Positions 8,501 through 16,610 are shown, counted from the stretch's first letter. The stretch is DNA of 64,000 nt from Candidatus Poseidoniaceae archaeon (GCA_949373095.1 CASIBY010000005.1:110955-174954); one strand, 5' to 3'. Notes: generated by a model not told the origin, from the letters alone. Translations and numbers: made by a program.

Positions 8501-11432
8501 TAGTGTTGAATTCTCGGCAAGAGCCTTCTTTTCTTGTTTCAAGGATGTTGAGCGTCGTGTCGAGAATAGAGGGGGTGCTGGAACCGTTGTAATTACGCTT
8601 GAACTCAGTTGTACCGTTTCCGTTGGTGAGGAATTCTTCAAGAGCAGTTGCAACACTGTAAGCATCCGTTGCACCTGAATCCGTTACGACACCATTTGTG
8701 ACGTTGAAGACATAGGAGTGAACATCGGTCACATTGGTAAAGATTTCATCGGTGAGGAGTTCGTAGGGGAAGCCTTGCCCTGGCACCGTAGTGGATGCTA
8801 GAGTCGCCCAATCAAAGTAGTACTCTGGTTGTTGGAACCAAAGTTCGTTAATTGGACCTTGGTCAACAGAGAGGGTGTGCGTATCGTTGTTTCTTGAGAA
8901 CGAAGCGATCGATTCAAACACATAAGATATGTTGGAATAGAACGAAGGCACTGGAATCTGACCAATATTAATCGGGTTGTTGTAATTGATGGTCCATTCA
9001 ATAGTGTCGTTTGCGAACGAGAGAGGAGCAAGATGCGTGAGGTTGCTGTAGGGGATGGATACTGCCTCCTTGGGGTGCACGCTGTCAAGTTGCGCATAGG
9101 TAGAACCTGTGTAAAAGTCGTTCGTAACCGCCCGCCAGCGGTGGATGCTGTCCAAGTCAACAACGCCTGTGGAGTTGTTTGCCCAGAAGAGAACATCGTT
9201 GTTGAGGATATCATCGGTGGGGTCGAAGGGGTCAAACGGTGAGCCTGCGCAATTTGCGACCCAATAAAGGTCCGGACATTCAATTCCGTCAAGCAATCCA
9301 CCGCCGTCAGTATCTGGATTAGTCCAGTCGGTTCCAGTCTGATTTTCAATCGCATCGGGGACGCCGTCACCGTCAAAGTCATCGGGTTGAACGTCATCGC
9401 TAGGATCATTTTGTGGATTGCTTCCGTCATAGTATTCTGTTCGGTCGTTAACACCACCCTGATCCGTATCAAACGAAGCAAAGTCAGTGACCCAAATGTC
9501 CTGAGAACCATTGGTAATTCCGATGAACAGCAAGTCGCAACCCGTATTGTTTTCGAAATAATTGTTGAGGCCGTCACCATCTGTGTCCAACAAATTCGCA
9601 CAAGGTTCGTTAGGATCGGTATTGTCTGAGATTTCTCCGAAGTCGTCTACTCCATCAGCATCAGAATCTGCGAGGTTTGGATTAGAGAACCATCCGAATG
9701 TACCCAACAACTCCTGCCAGTCTGCAAGACCGTCTCGGTCGCTGTCTGTGAAATCATCATCGCAATATTGCTGTGTTGAACCGATAGTTCCGGAAGCCAC
9801 TGCATCTGTATGACAGAACGAACCGTTGCGATTTGCAACTTGACTAGGCGATGCACTTGGGCCGTTTGATACGCCTTGGAGCGCGGCGTTCACCACCGTC
9901 GCATAAGCGAAAGACTCCCAAGTCCCGGATACATTGTACCAACCTACGCCACCCCCTGGACTAAATCCACTACCGTTCCCAAGTATGAGTCGGTTGGCGG
10001 AAGAATCGTAACTGACAAATGTAGTCTCAAAGTTAACGAGAGAATCACAAGGGTCAGTGCCGTGACTGATGTTTCGCTCATCTCCGTCACTTATGCCCCC
10101 GAAGTCGGTATCTGCGACGTTCCAAAGCGTACAAGAGAGGTTTTCCTCCCAGTTCTGAATACCATCATTGTCTGCATCACCGGCATCTTCACGACGAGTG
10201 GGGTCGGTTTCGCCTTCGTCTACTAATCCGTTGAAATTGATATCCTCTTCGCCATCATCAAAGGCATCGTCATCGGTATTGTTGTCACGAGGGTCGCTGG
10301 CTTGAGCGGGGTTACCGTATGCACCGTTCACTTCGACACCGTCGCTAATGCCGTCACCATCGGTATCTGAGGACGTAGGGTCAGTGAGAAGTGTAAGTGC
10401 CTCATATGAATCGTTGAGGCCGTCACCATCTGTATCGGCAATCTGAGGGTTGGTTGAGGTGATTCCATCCACCTCTGCCGTATAGGTTGCGCAGGCACCA
10501 GGGCCAACGCCTTGAACGGGGTCGCAAGGCGAAGTGGTTTCAGTCACAGCACCGTCAGGACCGTTTCTGAAACATGGAGAGGATCCGCACATCGTCGTCC
10601 AGGTAGGATTGACATATTCCATGAGGTTCGTTAACCCGTCGCCGTCAGGATCACCGTTTGGACCGTCTGCATTGGATGGTGATGTTGCATTGAGGCCATT
10701 TGCAGCCTCCCATCCATCGTTCATTCCGTCGCCGTCGGTATCCCATCCAGCAGGGTCTTCGTCAATGAGTCCGTCTCCGTCGTCATCGTCACTCAAACAA
10801 TCTGCATCACCATCGTTGTCTGAATCTGCAGCATCAACGAAACCGTCTTTGTCATCATCAAATCCGTTTGTACAAATATTCCCTACAGGGTCTTCGTCGC
10901 ATAGGATGATGCTACCAGTTCCGTCAGAACCAGCTGCGCCGCACGCAGGTTGATTGTATTGCATGGAATCTTCTTCATTCCAATCATTGACCGGGATGGT
11001 TCCGTTCCACCAAACACCATTGTCAAGAACAGAGCCGGTATTGGGATTGTCCCAGCCACTCGGCATGAGGTAGGTATATTCCTGAAGATTTGACATTCCA
11101 TCTCCGTCGGGGTCAGCAACTGCGCCGTCTGCTCCAGATGAGGAAAGTGGGTCAAGTCCATACTTCCACTCCCATCCGTCTGGAAGACCGTCATTGTCGG
11201 AATCCGGGTCGTTAGGTTGAGTGTTCATCAGGTACTCCAAACCGTATGTAAGCCCGTCACCGTCTTGGTCCGAGGCTGCTTGTACATCAATTGCAAGATA
11301 TTCAATGGATGCAAGCGATGATAACACCATCAAAAGCGTCAAAAACACTGATTTTACGGCGTTTTTACGCTCTGACAGGCGCAATTGAGGGGTCGCGGCA
11401 GTAAGGTTTGAGCCTGTCAGCATGGTTCTCAC
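2517..11432 (-). CDS. Giant (2971 aa) membrane-anchored surface protein. Domain order: TSP3-like Ca-binding repeats, transglutaminase-like core, about 20 Ig-like/CarboxypepD_reg-like repeats, C-terminal TM and DUF4129-like cytoplasmic tail (TgpA-like architecture).
   Basis: Uninterrupted 8.9-kb ORF with an N-terminal hydrophobic signal/anchor (VFLTLLMVLSSLASI). There are many DxDxDGxxDxxE/D motifs (aa ~50-720, nt ~9290-11290). The transglutaminase-core signature GSCREFNTMFVTMARLAGLPARQVTGY...GWVAFDP lies at nt ~8310-8540. A long beta-sandwich repeat region follows. The TM WAYVLVLLLGALIAGGVVLY lies at nt ~2884-2946. The 120-aa tail ETVREFEFAIRQAL...FEMARYSREE fits the DUF4129 pattern. Confidence 0.9.
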   Translation of the reverse strand: MRTMLTGSNLTAATPQLRLSERKNAVKSVFLTLLMVLSSLASIEYLAIDVQAASDQDGDGLTYGLEYLMNTQPNDPDSDNDGLPDGWEWKYGLDPLSSSGADGAVADPDGDGMSNLQEYTYLMPSGWDNPNTGSVLDNGVWWNGTIPVNDWNEEDSMQYNQPACGAAGSDGTGSIILCDEDPVGNICTNGFDDDKDGFVDAADSDNDGDADCLSDDDDGDGLIDEDPAGWDTDGDGMNDGWEAANGLNATSPSNADGPNGDPDGDGLTNLMEYVNPTWTTMCGSSPCFRNGPDGAVTETTSPCDPVQGVGPGACATYTAEVDGITSTNPQIADTDGDGLNDSYEALTLLTDPTSSDTDGDGISDGVEVNGAYGNPAQASDPRDNNTDDDAFDDGEEDINFNGLVDEGETDPTRREDAGDADNDGIQNWEENLSCTLWNVADTDFGGISDGDERNISHGTDPCDSLVNFETTFVSYDSSANRLILGNGSGFSPGGGVGWYNVSGTWESFAYATVVNAALQGVSNGPSASPSQVANRNGSFCHTDAVASGTIGSTQQYCDDDFTDSDRDGLADWQELLGTFGWFSNPNLADSDADGVDDFGEISDNTDPNEPCANLLDTDGDGLNNYFENNTGCDLLFIGITNGSQDIWVTDFASFDTDQGGVNDRTEYYDGSNPQNDPSDDVQPDDFDGDGVPDAIENQTGTDWTNPDTDGGGLLDGIECPDLYWVANCAGSPFDPFDPTDDILNNDVLFWANNSTGVVDLDSIHRWRAVTNDFYTGSTYAQLDSVHPKEAVSIPYSNLTHLAPLSFANDTIEWTINYNNPINIGQIPVPSFYSNISYVFESIASFSRNNDTHTLSVDQGPINELWFQQPEYYFDWATLASTTVPGQGFPYELLTDEIFTNVTDVHSYVFNVTNGVVTDSGATDAYSVATALEEFLTNGNGTTEFKRNYNGSSTPSILDTTLNILETRKEGSCREFNTMFVTMARLAGLPARQVTGYSGGTWTGEGYAVYATDATTWSEVRLQQNSANGNTDLGWVAFDPCPPAEEMEVVNQTISTLTWNRDSTQDLNVTGQLRYAENGTPASEIPVFAYLVPVSDANLVPGPGGSMDRLIGEFRTDANGTFNFTGAPDSPSAPGMHNIVIEYRQSGYVPNGGTVYDGFVNMTENSSLFHTAPAVINAPVAGAGATTVIEGLLEFENQPLDVFFQLPNQTVWLTYTSSVDGLQNLTGLVDSAGAFAFTLNLSEFETKGNLSATLGYSGWQDTSVTGIPLEAFHLNPTTTSIVLNVTDAPNLTAVIEGPLTNKSILLLDDNIWVNGSAVSVGPSPVPLTGNLQFAIRGNNSGDVWFEVFNTSVTGTFSVQHFLPSSTMVGSGELEVRLRFFPATLPATDDANVSTSWPYFLRGFLGFQVADSAQMRGFDGTVEVSITDHRGFVQNLVLLGDYDLSFNGTWYNTTTDPGGDVIEFSWPLTSDLLAGDYPIDISFNGSEYYQPSIGNGSIRVQAEIGYNLSIGQDWTHLGGSTFLFGDIFDAFYNTPVLNNATQIRVTINLEEGPVDIATSSLNNSTGAFNIPITMPTTIASGVYDFVLEFDFESQAPIGGAYYSYLDTSLPPSPPALISTLGGIESEVVVTAERQNYIVEMNNTVDFIAKITDIADGSNVTGASVEYIWDYGITNTSLGTVSSDADGNATFSFTPSGIAPGYYDLLVIVQDDISSSLTAGNTRYLGNSTLLNITIQVTSDIQFNNVPATITAGTPFNVVGQVLDAENSSRPLISPVRLNVFWLEYPDELLLNGFSTTTNGSFNMSVPTDTANNGTQRGPHTLVISVVNESSPFYLTATAQTPIQVMGVSRLENLVPLNPVVINRGNTINMSAKLVEASDLFAPLAGYDVGLEFHETWLTSATTDGEGFANFSYTIPYDHPLGLIIVQMVYNGSTDLLSTSANLTTITVRSLTFMVVDTITDNPVAGDEFNISGRVTSDNGSGLIQRDNITLPNANVLFSIDGVPTGFTVTGGAIGDGGFWNATLRLTETFGAGTHVMEATYLPNVNYYVGSENNTSFDSRGFSTLDFIIPSLDGLGQPSLNDRTDRGTNVSFQLLLRDNQGDALDNQSVTVTLPGTNVSGVFLTAPNGSAFGTLLVPFDSSVGPADIRASFTGISGTTGILGSNGTTPFVVLAATNLTIIDAPTVLTAGDSLTVNGTLLDDLGMPLMDAGAPATAVVHLTIDGVPVASIETNATDGSYTLGYTLPDDISAGPHVIGVEFRGGREWVDPVGYGDIINPEYYMPSSGTVGFNVSVPTEIIFLTPTGQVDRESTMTLEGQLVDLVDNSLPNLTIGIWLDGQWLTNTTTDENGYFIAVHPVPAEAQLGSLSVEIRFTGTVAYLPSNATGVWEIFSPVLVTVDMTSPVAVNETVTVSGTVVDNQLLGIANHEVQLVVEGIVITSLTTDENGAFTFDWLVPDIFAFGNHTLEADVASQGYYRSGSGNVTFFLSHRSWVTLLFEDGIEATRGDSWEVTGRLYDFDTVERDGLVGMMVDISMDGVPLFSTVTGADGIWSASIPTTMDLSRGTHSLSVSFEGTQAHLATSANSNLLVWSDVIITLDPTSTTIVTRSDDVFAPIVYTGSIQEVGGEGEVFEDLVLTIGNGSECTSGREGAQCFPTVLITWANGNFSMTSTAPYWLDVGSQYFAVDSARNDSNYLNSGTVSKAVFVQVNANIVPTVGAIVEGVQEEIDIEVLITAKDTKNGIPGINVVVYLYDENNSQIASQQRQTDNSGEVIFDFPADPPYGDYSFWGEVTLDIVINDPRISSQSTQDFEAQRSEGFELKYSYAEEESPVSPWAYVLVLLLGALIAGGVVLYRRKVASDDLLKDAAEVFAYTAELLAAGDAVRESIFTCYQDLCGLLQQRGFLRRDFETVREFEFAIRQALHGVSDDALTALDNTFEMARYSREEMGSQHQEVAVQSLTRMGTEIEQIQKFPQR

Positions 11433-11512
11433 AATTGACGGTGTGTTTTATGCCTCATAAGGGAAATGGTACGATGTTCATACAACCCTATGAAAAGAAG
11501 GTATTTTTTTTC

Positions 11513-14479
11513 TCAAATATCGTCAAGTTGTTCGAGTAATTCGAGGTCGTCATCATCATCTTGGGCAACCACCGGTTCCGGCATGGAATCTTCCGAATCA
11601 GTCAACTCCTCTTGGAACAATTCCTCCGTCTTTTTATCCGGAATAACTGCGTGAAAGTGATCCGTTGGCTGTTTCCTGCCTCGGCGGGCAGCGTAGAGCA
11701 AGAGCCCGCCCAGAATCACATAGAACACCATGGTCTGGGGCTCGGGATTGATCAATTCACCAAACAAGCAGGATGCACCGGTACATTCGGTCACATACTG
11801 GAACGTGAAAGTTTGTTCAAACTCCTCGGCGTAGGGCGTTTCGTTATTCATTGGAGTAACTTTGAATTCAAACCCAATTGAAGCGCTGTCCTTTAGAGAA
11901 TCAGGTGCTGTCAATCTAAGGCTGAAATCCTTGCTTTCGTAGGCAGAAAGTTTCACGATAATGAAATTCCGACCTAGTTGATTGGATGTTGCACTGATTG
12001 CTCCCTCCCAGCCAAGTGGTTCTTCCAAAAGAATCACCACATCAAGTTCAACGTTGTTTTGATTGGTAATCTTGAACTCCAAGTTCTTCTCTTCCCCTGA
12101 CGAGAACCGAGATGCTTCGGACTTTGCTGTGATCTCAAGCCTACCCGGGACCACATCTTCTTTGATGATGACCTTAACTGGAAGATCGAAATACCTTGGC
12201 TCATTTTCTTCCTCTACACCTTCCTCAATAATTCGGGTGTAAACGATGTGCTCTCCAGCCTCAACTTGTCCGTTCAGCTGGATACCAAGTCGGAGATCTA
12301 CATATTCATCAGCAGGGAGTGTTACAATCACAATGTTGTCATTGGTGTCATTGGAGATAGTATATCCCCAAGCAGTGTATTTCGGATTGTTATCTGCGTT
12401 CCGTGACAAGTCACGAGGATTAATGATTTTCCATGTTGTTTCGGTTGTACTTGTACTTGATGAATCAGAAATGCGCACGTTGTACCACACATCTTGAGTA
12501 GGGCTTACTGGACCGACTTGACCGAGTAGATTGTCCTCACCAACACCATCACTATCGGCAATGACTTCTGCGAGAATACCAAAGGTTCGGTGCACAGTAA
12601 ACGCCACATCAGTCCTCAATTCAGAATCCTCTGTGCTTGAAAAGGCAAGCGAAAAGAGACCAATATCGAGACTTTCTCGGTCTTCGGGTGGGAACACTTG
12701 CATGCGTACTGTCAACAACTTAGTAGACCCAATATCGGTTGTCAAATGATAGATACCATCTTCGGTGAGTTCTGCTCCAGTTTGATTGGAATAAAAGCGG
12801 TACTGCCAGTCATCTGGCTGTTCTAGTACCCGAATCTTAAATGAGTCAGTATCAAACCCTGAATTGAAAACATCGATGTAGAAGTTTTCACTTCCGTTGA
12901 ATGCATCAACATAGTGCGAGAGGCCCTCGTCATAAGATTCAGGACGCGTGGAATCTGCTATTTGCTTTTGGTGTTCTTCGTCTTCATATACTGAAATGCG
13001 AGGGGGTGCAAACACATCGACCTTTTCGAAATCAATCCTTAGGTTCTTGATGGCGACTTCTTCACTTTGGCCTTGGTCGTTTGTTGCATAGACACGGGCC
13101 TCGATTTGGAGATATTCGGGGGCGTCGGATAAATCGTCTTCTGGAACATCAATCAACAACTCAGGGATAGCTGAATCGCCTCCACCGGTGAGGGTGTATG
13201 AGCCGCTGGCTTGACTCCACAAAGGTTCAGCCCATTCAATGGGAAGATTGTCTGCGATGTCAAAGACTACATCCAAACTTGATGAGGTGGATCCTGTGTG
13301 CTCAATCAAGAAATTTACTTTGCTGGTTTGACCTGGTGCATATAGTACGACATCAGGTTGATTTTGAGGAACGGTAAGATATACATCATGCTCCAAGAAT
13401 TCTAAGCCCGGGTGTTCAAAGAGAAGCGAATGGCCTTGTACATCGTTAATCTCCAAACGGACGGGATATTCACCGGAGGCTAAGCCTGAGGCTGTGTAGT
13501 TGTGAATTCCTACAAGTCCGTTATTGTCAAGTTTCAGCATGTCATCATCAAATTCTACCTCGAAAACTGAATTTGCTCCGTTGGGAGTGCTCATCACAAG
13601 CGTGACTTCTTCAATATCTTCACGGCCAAAAGCATCCCTTATTTCTACAGAAAAACGCATCTCACGGAATTCCAAACGATGATTTGGAGCCCATTCTAAT
13701 TTTTCTAAATCGTTCCAATTGCAGCCAAAGTCACCATAGCAACTGTGGACACGGACAGAGGAACCTGAAAGAGCGTTGGTCATGATTTGAAGCCGGGAAT
13801 AACCGCTTGAACTTCCGACCTTTCCATAAGCAAATTCGACGTCACAGGGGCTTTGGCCAAACCCTCCAGTGTTGTCTTCACAACTTGCTTGAGCATCAAT
13901 TCGGATTTTGAGTTGTTTGCCCTGAGGGACCACAAATCCGGACGCACCGATGTTAAATTCGACTTCAAGGACGGTCCAAGTGCAAGTATTTTGAGGAAAG
14001 GTTGAACAAGGATTTTCTAGCGGTTTACTTGCAGATGTAATCTGTACGTCGCCTGCTTTGATGGAAAATGTCACATCTGCAGTTGATCCGTCAGCACCAC
14101 TGAACTGATAATATATTGAAAGACGAGCAATGTTATTTGCTCCAGTACCGTTAACATAGAGGTTACTAATCATTTCAGCGCTTCTAAATTCAAGACCATC
14201 AATAGCGCTTCCTTCTTCTTGACCCATGTCGGGTTGGATGGTCGTTATCGAACCTTGGCCACCATAGGTGTCATTCTTTTTGTCAAGGTAGAGATCGTAG
14301 GTTTGTTGATTCGCAGTATTTCTAAAGATAACTGGTGAATCGTCCTCAAGCAATTCTATTTTATCCTCATTTGTGGCTAGGAGCACGGCGCTTGTTGAAA
14401 GAACCATCAACGCTGCCAAGAACCAAGCGACTGAGTGAGAATGGGTTGCAGATTTGCTGTACAGCATCTTGTTCACCAT
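11513..14479 (-). CDS. Surface protein (988 aa) with CARDB/NEW3-like Ig-fold repeats, an N-terminal signal anchor, a C-terminal TM and an acidic cytoplasmic tail.
   Basis: N-terminal hydrophobic stretch VAWFLAALMVLSTSAVLLA. Repeated patterns resemble NEW3/CARDB domains (e.g. NLEFKITNQNNVELDVVILLEEPLGWEGAIS). The C-terminal TM is MVFYVILGGLLLYAARRGRK, followed by an acidic tail ending DDDDDLELLEQLDDI. It sits in tandem directly upstream of the giant gene. Confidence 0.8.
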   Translation of the reverse strand: MVNKMLYSKSATHSHSVAWFLAALMVLSTSAVLLATNEDKIELLEDDSPVIFRNTANQQTYDLYLDKKNDTYGGQGSITTIQPDMGQEEGSAIDGLEFRSAEMISNLYVNGTGANNIARLSIYYQFSGADGSTADVTFSIKAGDVQITSASKPLENPCSTFPQNTCTWTVLEVEFNIGASGFVVPQGKQLKIRIDAQASCEDNTGGFGQSPCDVEFAYGKVGSSSGYSRLQIMTNALSGSSVRVHSCYGDFGCNWNDLEKLEWAPNHRLEFREMRFSVEIRDAFGREDIEEVTLVMSTPNGANSVFEVEFDDDMLKLDNNGLVGIHNYTASGLASGEYPVRLEINDVQGHSLLFEHPGLEFLEHDVYLTVPQNQPDVVLYAPGQTSKVNFLIEHTGSTSSSLDVVFDIADNLPIEWAEPLWSQASGSYTLTGGGDSAIPELLIDVPEDDLSDAPEYLQIEARVYATNDQGQSEEVAIKNLRIDFEKVDVFAPPRISVYEDEEHQKQIADSTRPESYDEGLSHYVDAFNGSENFYIDVFNSGFDTDSFKIRVLEQPDDWQYRFYSNQTGAELTEDGIYHLTTDIGSTKLLTVRMQVFPPEDRESLDIGLFSLAFSSTEDSELRTDVAFTVHRTFGILAEVIADSDGVGEDNLLGQVGPVSPTQDVWYNVRISDSSSTSTTETTWKIINPRDLSRNADNNPKYTAWGYTISNDTNDNIVIVTLPADEYVDLRLGIQLNGQVEAGEHIVYTRIIEEGVEEENEPRYFDLPVKVIIKEDVVPGRLEITAKSEASRFSSGEEKNLEFKITNQNNVELDVVILLEEPLGWEGAISATSNQLGRNFIIVKLSAYESKDFSLRLTAPDSLKDSASIGFEFKVTPMNNETPYAEEFEQTFTFQYVTECTGASCLFGELINPEPQTMVFYVILGGLLLYAARRGRKQPTDHFHAVIPDKKTEELFQEELTDSEDSMPEPVVAQDDDDDLELLEQLDDI

Positions 14480-14573
14480 GCCTCCGTGGTGCAGGGGGTG
14501 TTAAACGGTTTTGCATGGGATGCATCAACTTGAGCGATTCTAAACGAGATTACGATGAAGCCGAACGAGTTGA

Positions 14574-14657
14574 TGCAGGGGGTGGGATACGAACCCACGA
14601 ACCCATACGGGACCGGATCTTAAGCCCGGCGCCTTTGACCACCTCAGCCACCCCTGC
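14574..14657 (-). tRNA. tRNA-Leu (anticodon UAA), class II with a long variable arm; no encoded CCA.
   Basis: Hand-folded from the reverse complement. Acceptor GCAGGGG/CCCCTGC plus discriminator A. D arm GCT..GGC. Anticodon stem CCGGG/TCCGG with loop CTTAAGA. Variable arm TCCCGTATGGGTTC. T stem GTGGG/CCCAC with loop TTCGTAT. Confidence 0.9.
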
Positions 14658-14693
14658 ATCCCAAGCGGTGGCGCCTTCCTTCTTCAATGAAAC

Positions 14694-15437
14694 TCAAGCG
14701 TCTTCAATCGACCAGCCACCATCGACATGGAGTACTTGTCCCGAAAGATGAGCTGCTCCCAGCAAGTGTTGAACTGCCGCCGCAATATCTGAGGCTTGTC
14801 CCGAACGCCCCATTGGTACTTTTTCAAGGACTTTTGTGAAATGTTCTGATTCCCACTCTGCAGCCATAATTGCCCCAGGTGCAACACAATTGACGTTTAC
14901 ATCGGGACTCAACTCCCCTGCAAGATTCAACATAAGCTGCCGCAATCCTGCTTTGCTTGAAGTATAGTGAGAAAGACCCTCCCAAGCCTTGCCCCATGAC
15001 GTGTCAACAATCCCAACAACTGAACCTCGAGCTGCTCGTAATTCCGGAAGGAATTGTTGTGTCAAAAAGTATGGAGCCTCCATGTGTAAACGGTTCAAAT
15101 TCCTGTAGGTTTCAAACGAGGTTTCTTCAAATTTAGATTGGCTATAGAACGATGCATTGTGTACGAGTCCGGAAAGGCCATGCTCCATCACAAAGTGATG
15201 ACGCTTAACCTCTTCAACCATCGATCTTAGTTGACCATCATCGGTCAAATCCGCCTGAACGATTACACCACATTGGCGATTGTTCCGAGCCTCAGCTTGT
15301 TCGAGCAGTTCTTGGGCAGCCTCCCTTGAAGAACGAACATGAACAAACACGAACCATCCGGAGTCCATGAGTCTGTTTGCCGTGGCAGCACCAAGCCGGT
15401 GGCCAGCCCCGGTAATTAGCGCAATCTTGGTGTTCAT
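14694..15437 (-). CDS. Short-chain dehydrogenase/reductase with a pteridine-reductase-like (FolM/PTR1-type) pattern.
   Basis: N-terminal Rossmann motif ALITGAGHRLG and catalytic YTSSKAGL (YxxxK). The layout VFVHVRSSREAAQEL...QADLTD resembles PTR1/FolM. The subfamily call is tentative. Confidence 0.85.
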   Translation of the reverse strand: MNTKIALITGAGHRLGAATANRLMDSGWFVFVHVRSSREAAQELLEQAEARNNRQCGVIVQADLTDDGQLRSMVEEVKRHHFVMEHGLSGLVHNASFYSQSKFEETSFETYRNLNRLHMEAPYFLTQQFLPELRAARGSVVGIVDTSWGKAWEGLSHYTSSKAGLRQLMLNLAGELSPDVNVNCVAPGAIMAAEWESEHFTKVLEKVPMGRSGQASDIAAAVQHLLGAAHLSGQVLHVDGGWSIEDA

Positions 15438-15593
15438 AATACCAATGGCGAGGACTCAATTCATGAAACCTCGTATGAATTCACGAATCAATACCGTGGC
15501 TTCACCGACAAACCTTTGAATCACACACCTTTTTGATGGACTCCGACTGCCCCATACCAAGGAGGGAGTCGAATAGAAGGAAAACCCCTCCCA

Positions 15594-16601
15594 ATGGCCA
15601 CCTCCAAGGGCGGTTTGGAATCGCCCCCCCGTCGTCAACGACGCCTCCCCAAATGGTTCAAAACTCGCCTACCAAGCGGAGAGCAGCAGGCCATATTCAA
15701 TACCACAAAAACGGCGGTTAAGGACAACAAACTCCACACAGTGTGCGAGGAGGCACGTTGCCCGAACATTCACGATTGCTGGGCTTCAGGAGATGCAACC
15801 TTCATGATTGCCGGCCAAGAATGCACTAGAGGCTGCCGCTTCTGTGCGGTTGGGACCATCAAGAGACCTCCCGCCCTAGACCCGGAGGAACCAGCGCACC
15901 TTGCTCAAGCCGTGACTTCCATGAACTTGCGCCACGCCGTCATCACGGTAGTCAACAGAGACGACCTCCCCGACAGCGGGGCGGACCATTACAAACAGTG
16001 CATTGACGCCGTTCACACCCAAGCACCAGAGGTTACGCTTGAGCTTCTCTGTTCCGACCTTGCTGGAGACCATGTGGCTCTCGAACATTTGCTAAACGAC
16101 AGCCCTCTTGCAGTATTCGCACACAACGTCGAATGCGTTCCCCGACTTGATGCGACGGTCAGAGACGCACGGGCATCGTTCAGCCAGTCACTAGAAATCC
16201 TCAGGCAAGCCAAGGTACTGCGCCCAGACATACTCACCAAATCATCCCTCATGGTTGGGGTAGGAGAAACAGATGATGAGATTCTCGAAGCCTTAGAATT
16301 GCTGAGGGAAGCGGGAGTTGACCTCGTCACGATTGGACAATACCTCGCCCCGTCTGCGAACCACTTGACCGTTGACCGATTCCCCGAACCCGAGATGTAT
16401 GACATTTGGGCCATTCACGCCATAGAAATCGGATTTTCTGGCATTGCAAGCGGACCTTTAGTACGTTCATCCTTCAAAGCAGGCCTCCTGTACAGGAAAA
16501 CAAAGGATGCTAACAACACAGAAACAATGCCGGGTGCATATGTCCGTGTAGCCAACCACCAAACCAACCCACCGACACCCCTTAAGGTGGACCGGTCCTG
16601 A
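15594..16601 (+). CDS. lipA: Lipoyl synthase.
   Basis: CEEARCPNIHDCW auxiliary-cluster motif and radical-SAM motif CTRGCRFCAV; full length of 335 aa. Confidence 0.95.
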   Translation: MATSKGGLESPPRRQRRLPKWFKTRLPSGEQQAIFNTTKTAVKDNKLHTVCEEARCPNIHDCWASGDATFMIAGQECTRGCRFCAVGTIKRPPALDPEEPAHLAQAVTSMNLRHAVITVVNRDDLPDSGADHYKQCIDAVHTQAPEVTLELLCSDLAGDHVALEHLLNDSPLAVFAHNVECVPRLDATVRDARASFSQSLEILRQAKVLRPDILTKSSLMVGVGETDDEILEALELLREAGVDLVTIGQYLAPSANHLTVDRFPEPEMYDIWAIHAIEIGFSGIASGPLVRSSFKAGLLYRKTKDANNTETMPGAYVRVANHQTNPPTPLKVDRS

Positions 16602-16610
16602 GGTGAAACA

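Noticed and set aside
2574-11194. Dozens of 60-270-aa ORFs on both strands inside the giant gene (e.g. 8798..9601, 8220..8678, 10534..10953, 7378..7770).
   Set aside because: All are nested in, or antisense to, an uninterrupted 2971-aa ORF with clear domain content. Their translations are low-complexity (Ser/Pro/Thr-rich) shadows of the Asp/Gly/Thr-rich sense frame.
14480-14700. tRNA-Leu as an integration site for a mobile island carrying the surface-protein genes.
   Set aside because: No integrase is present. I found no direct repeat of the tRNA 3' half near 2.0-2.6 kb or 11.4-11.5 kb. The idea is kept only as a weak flexible-island hypothesis.
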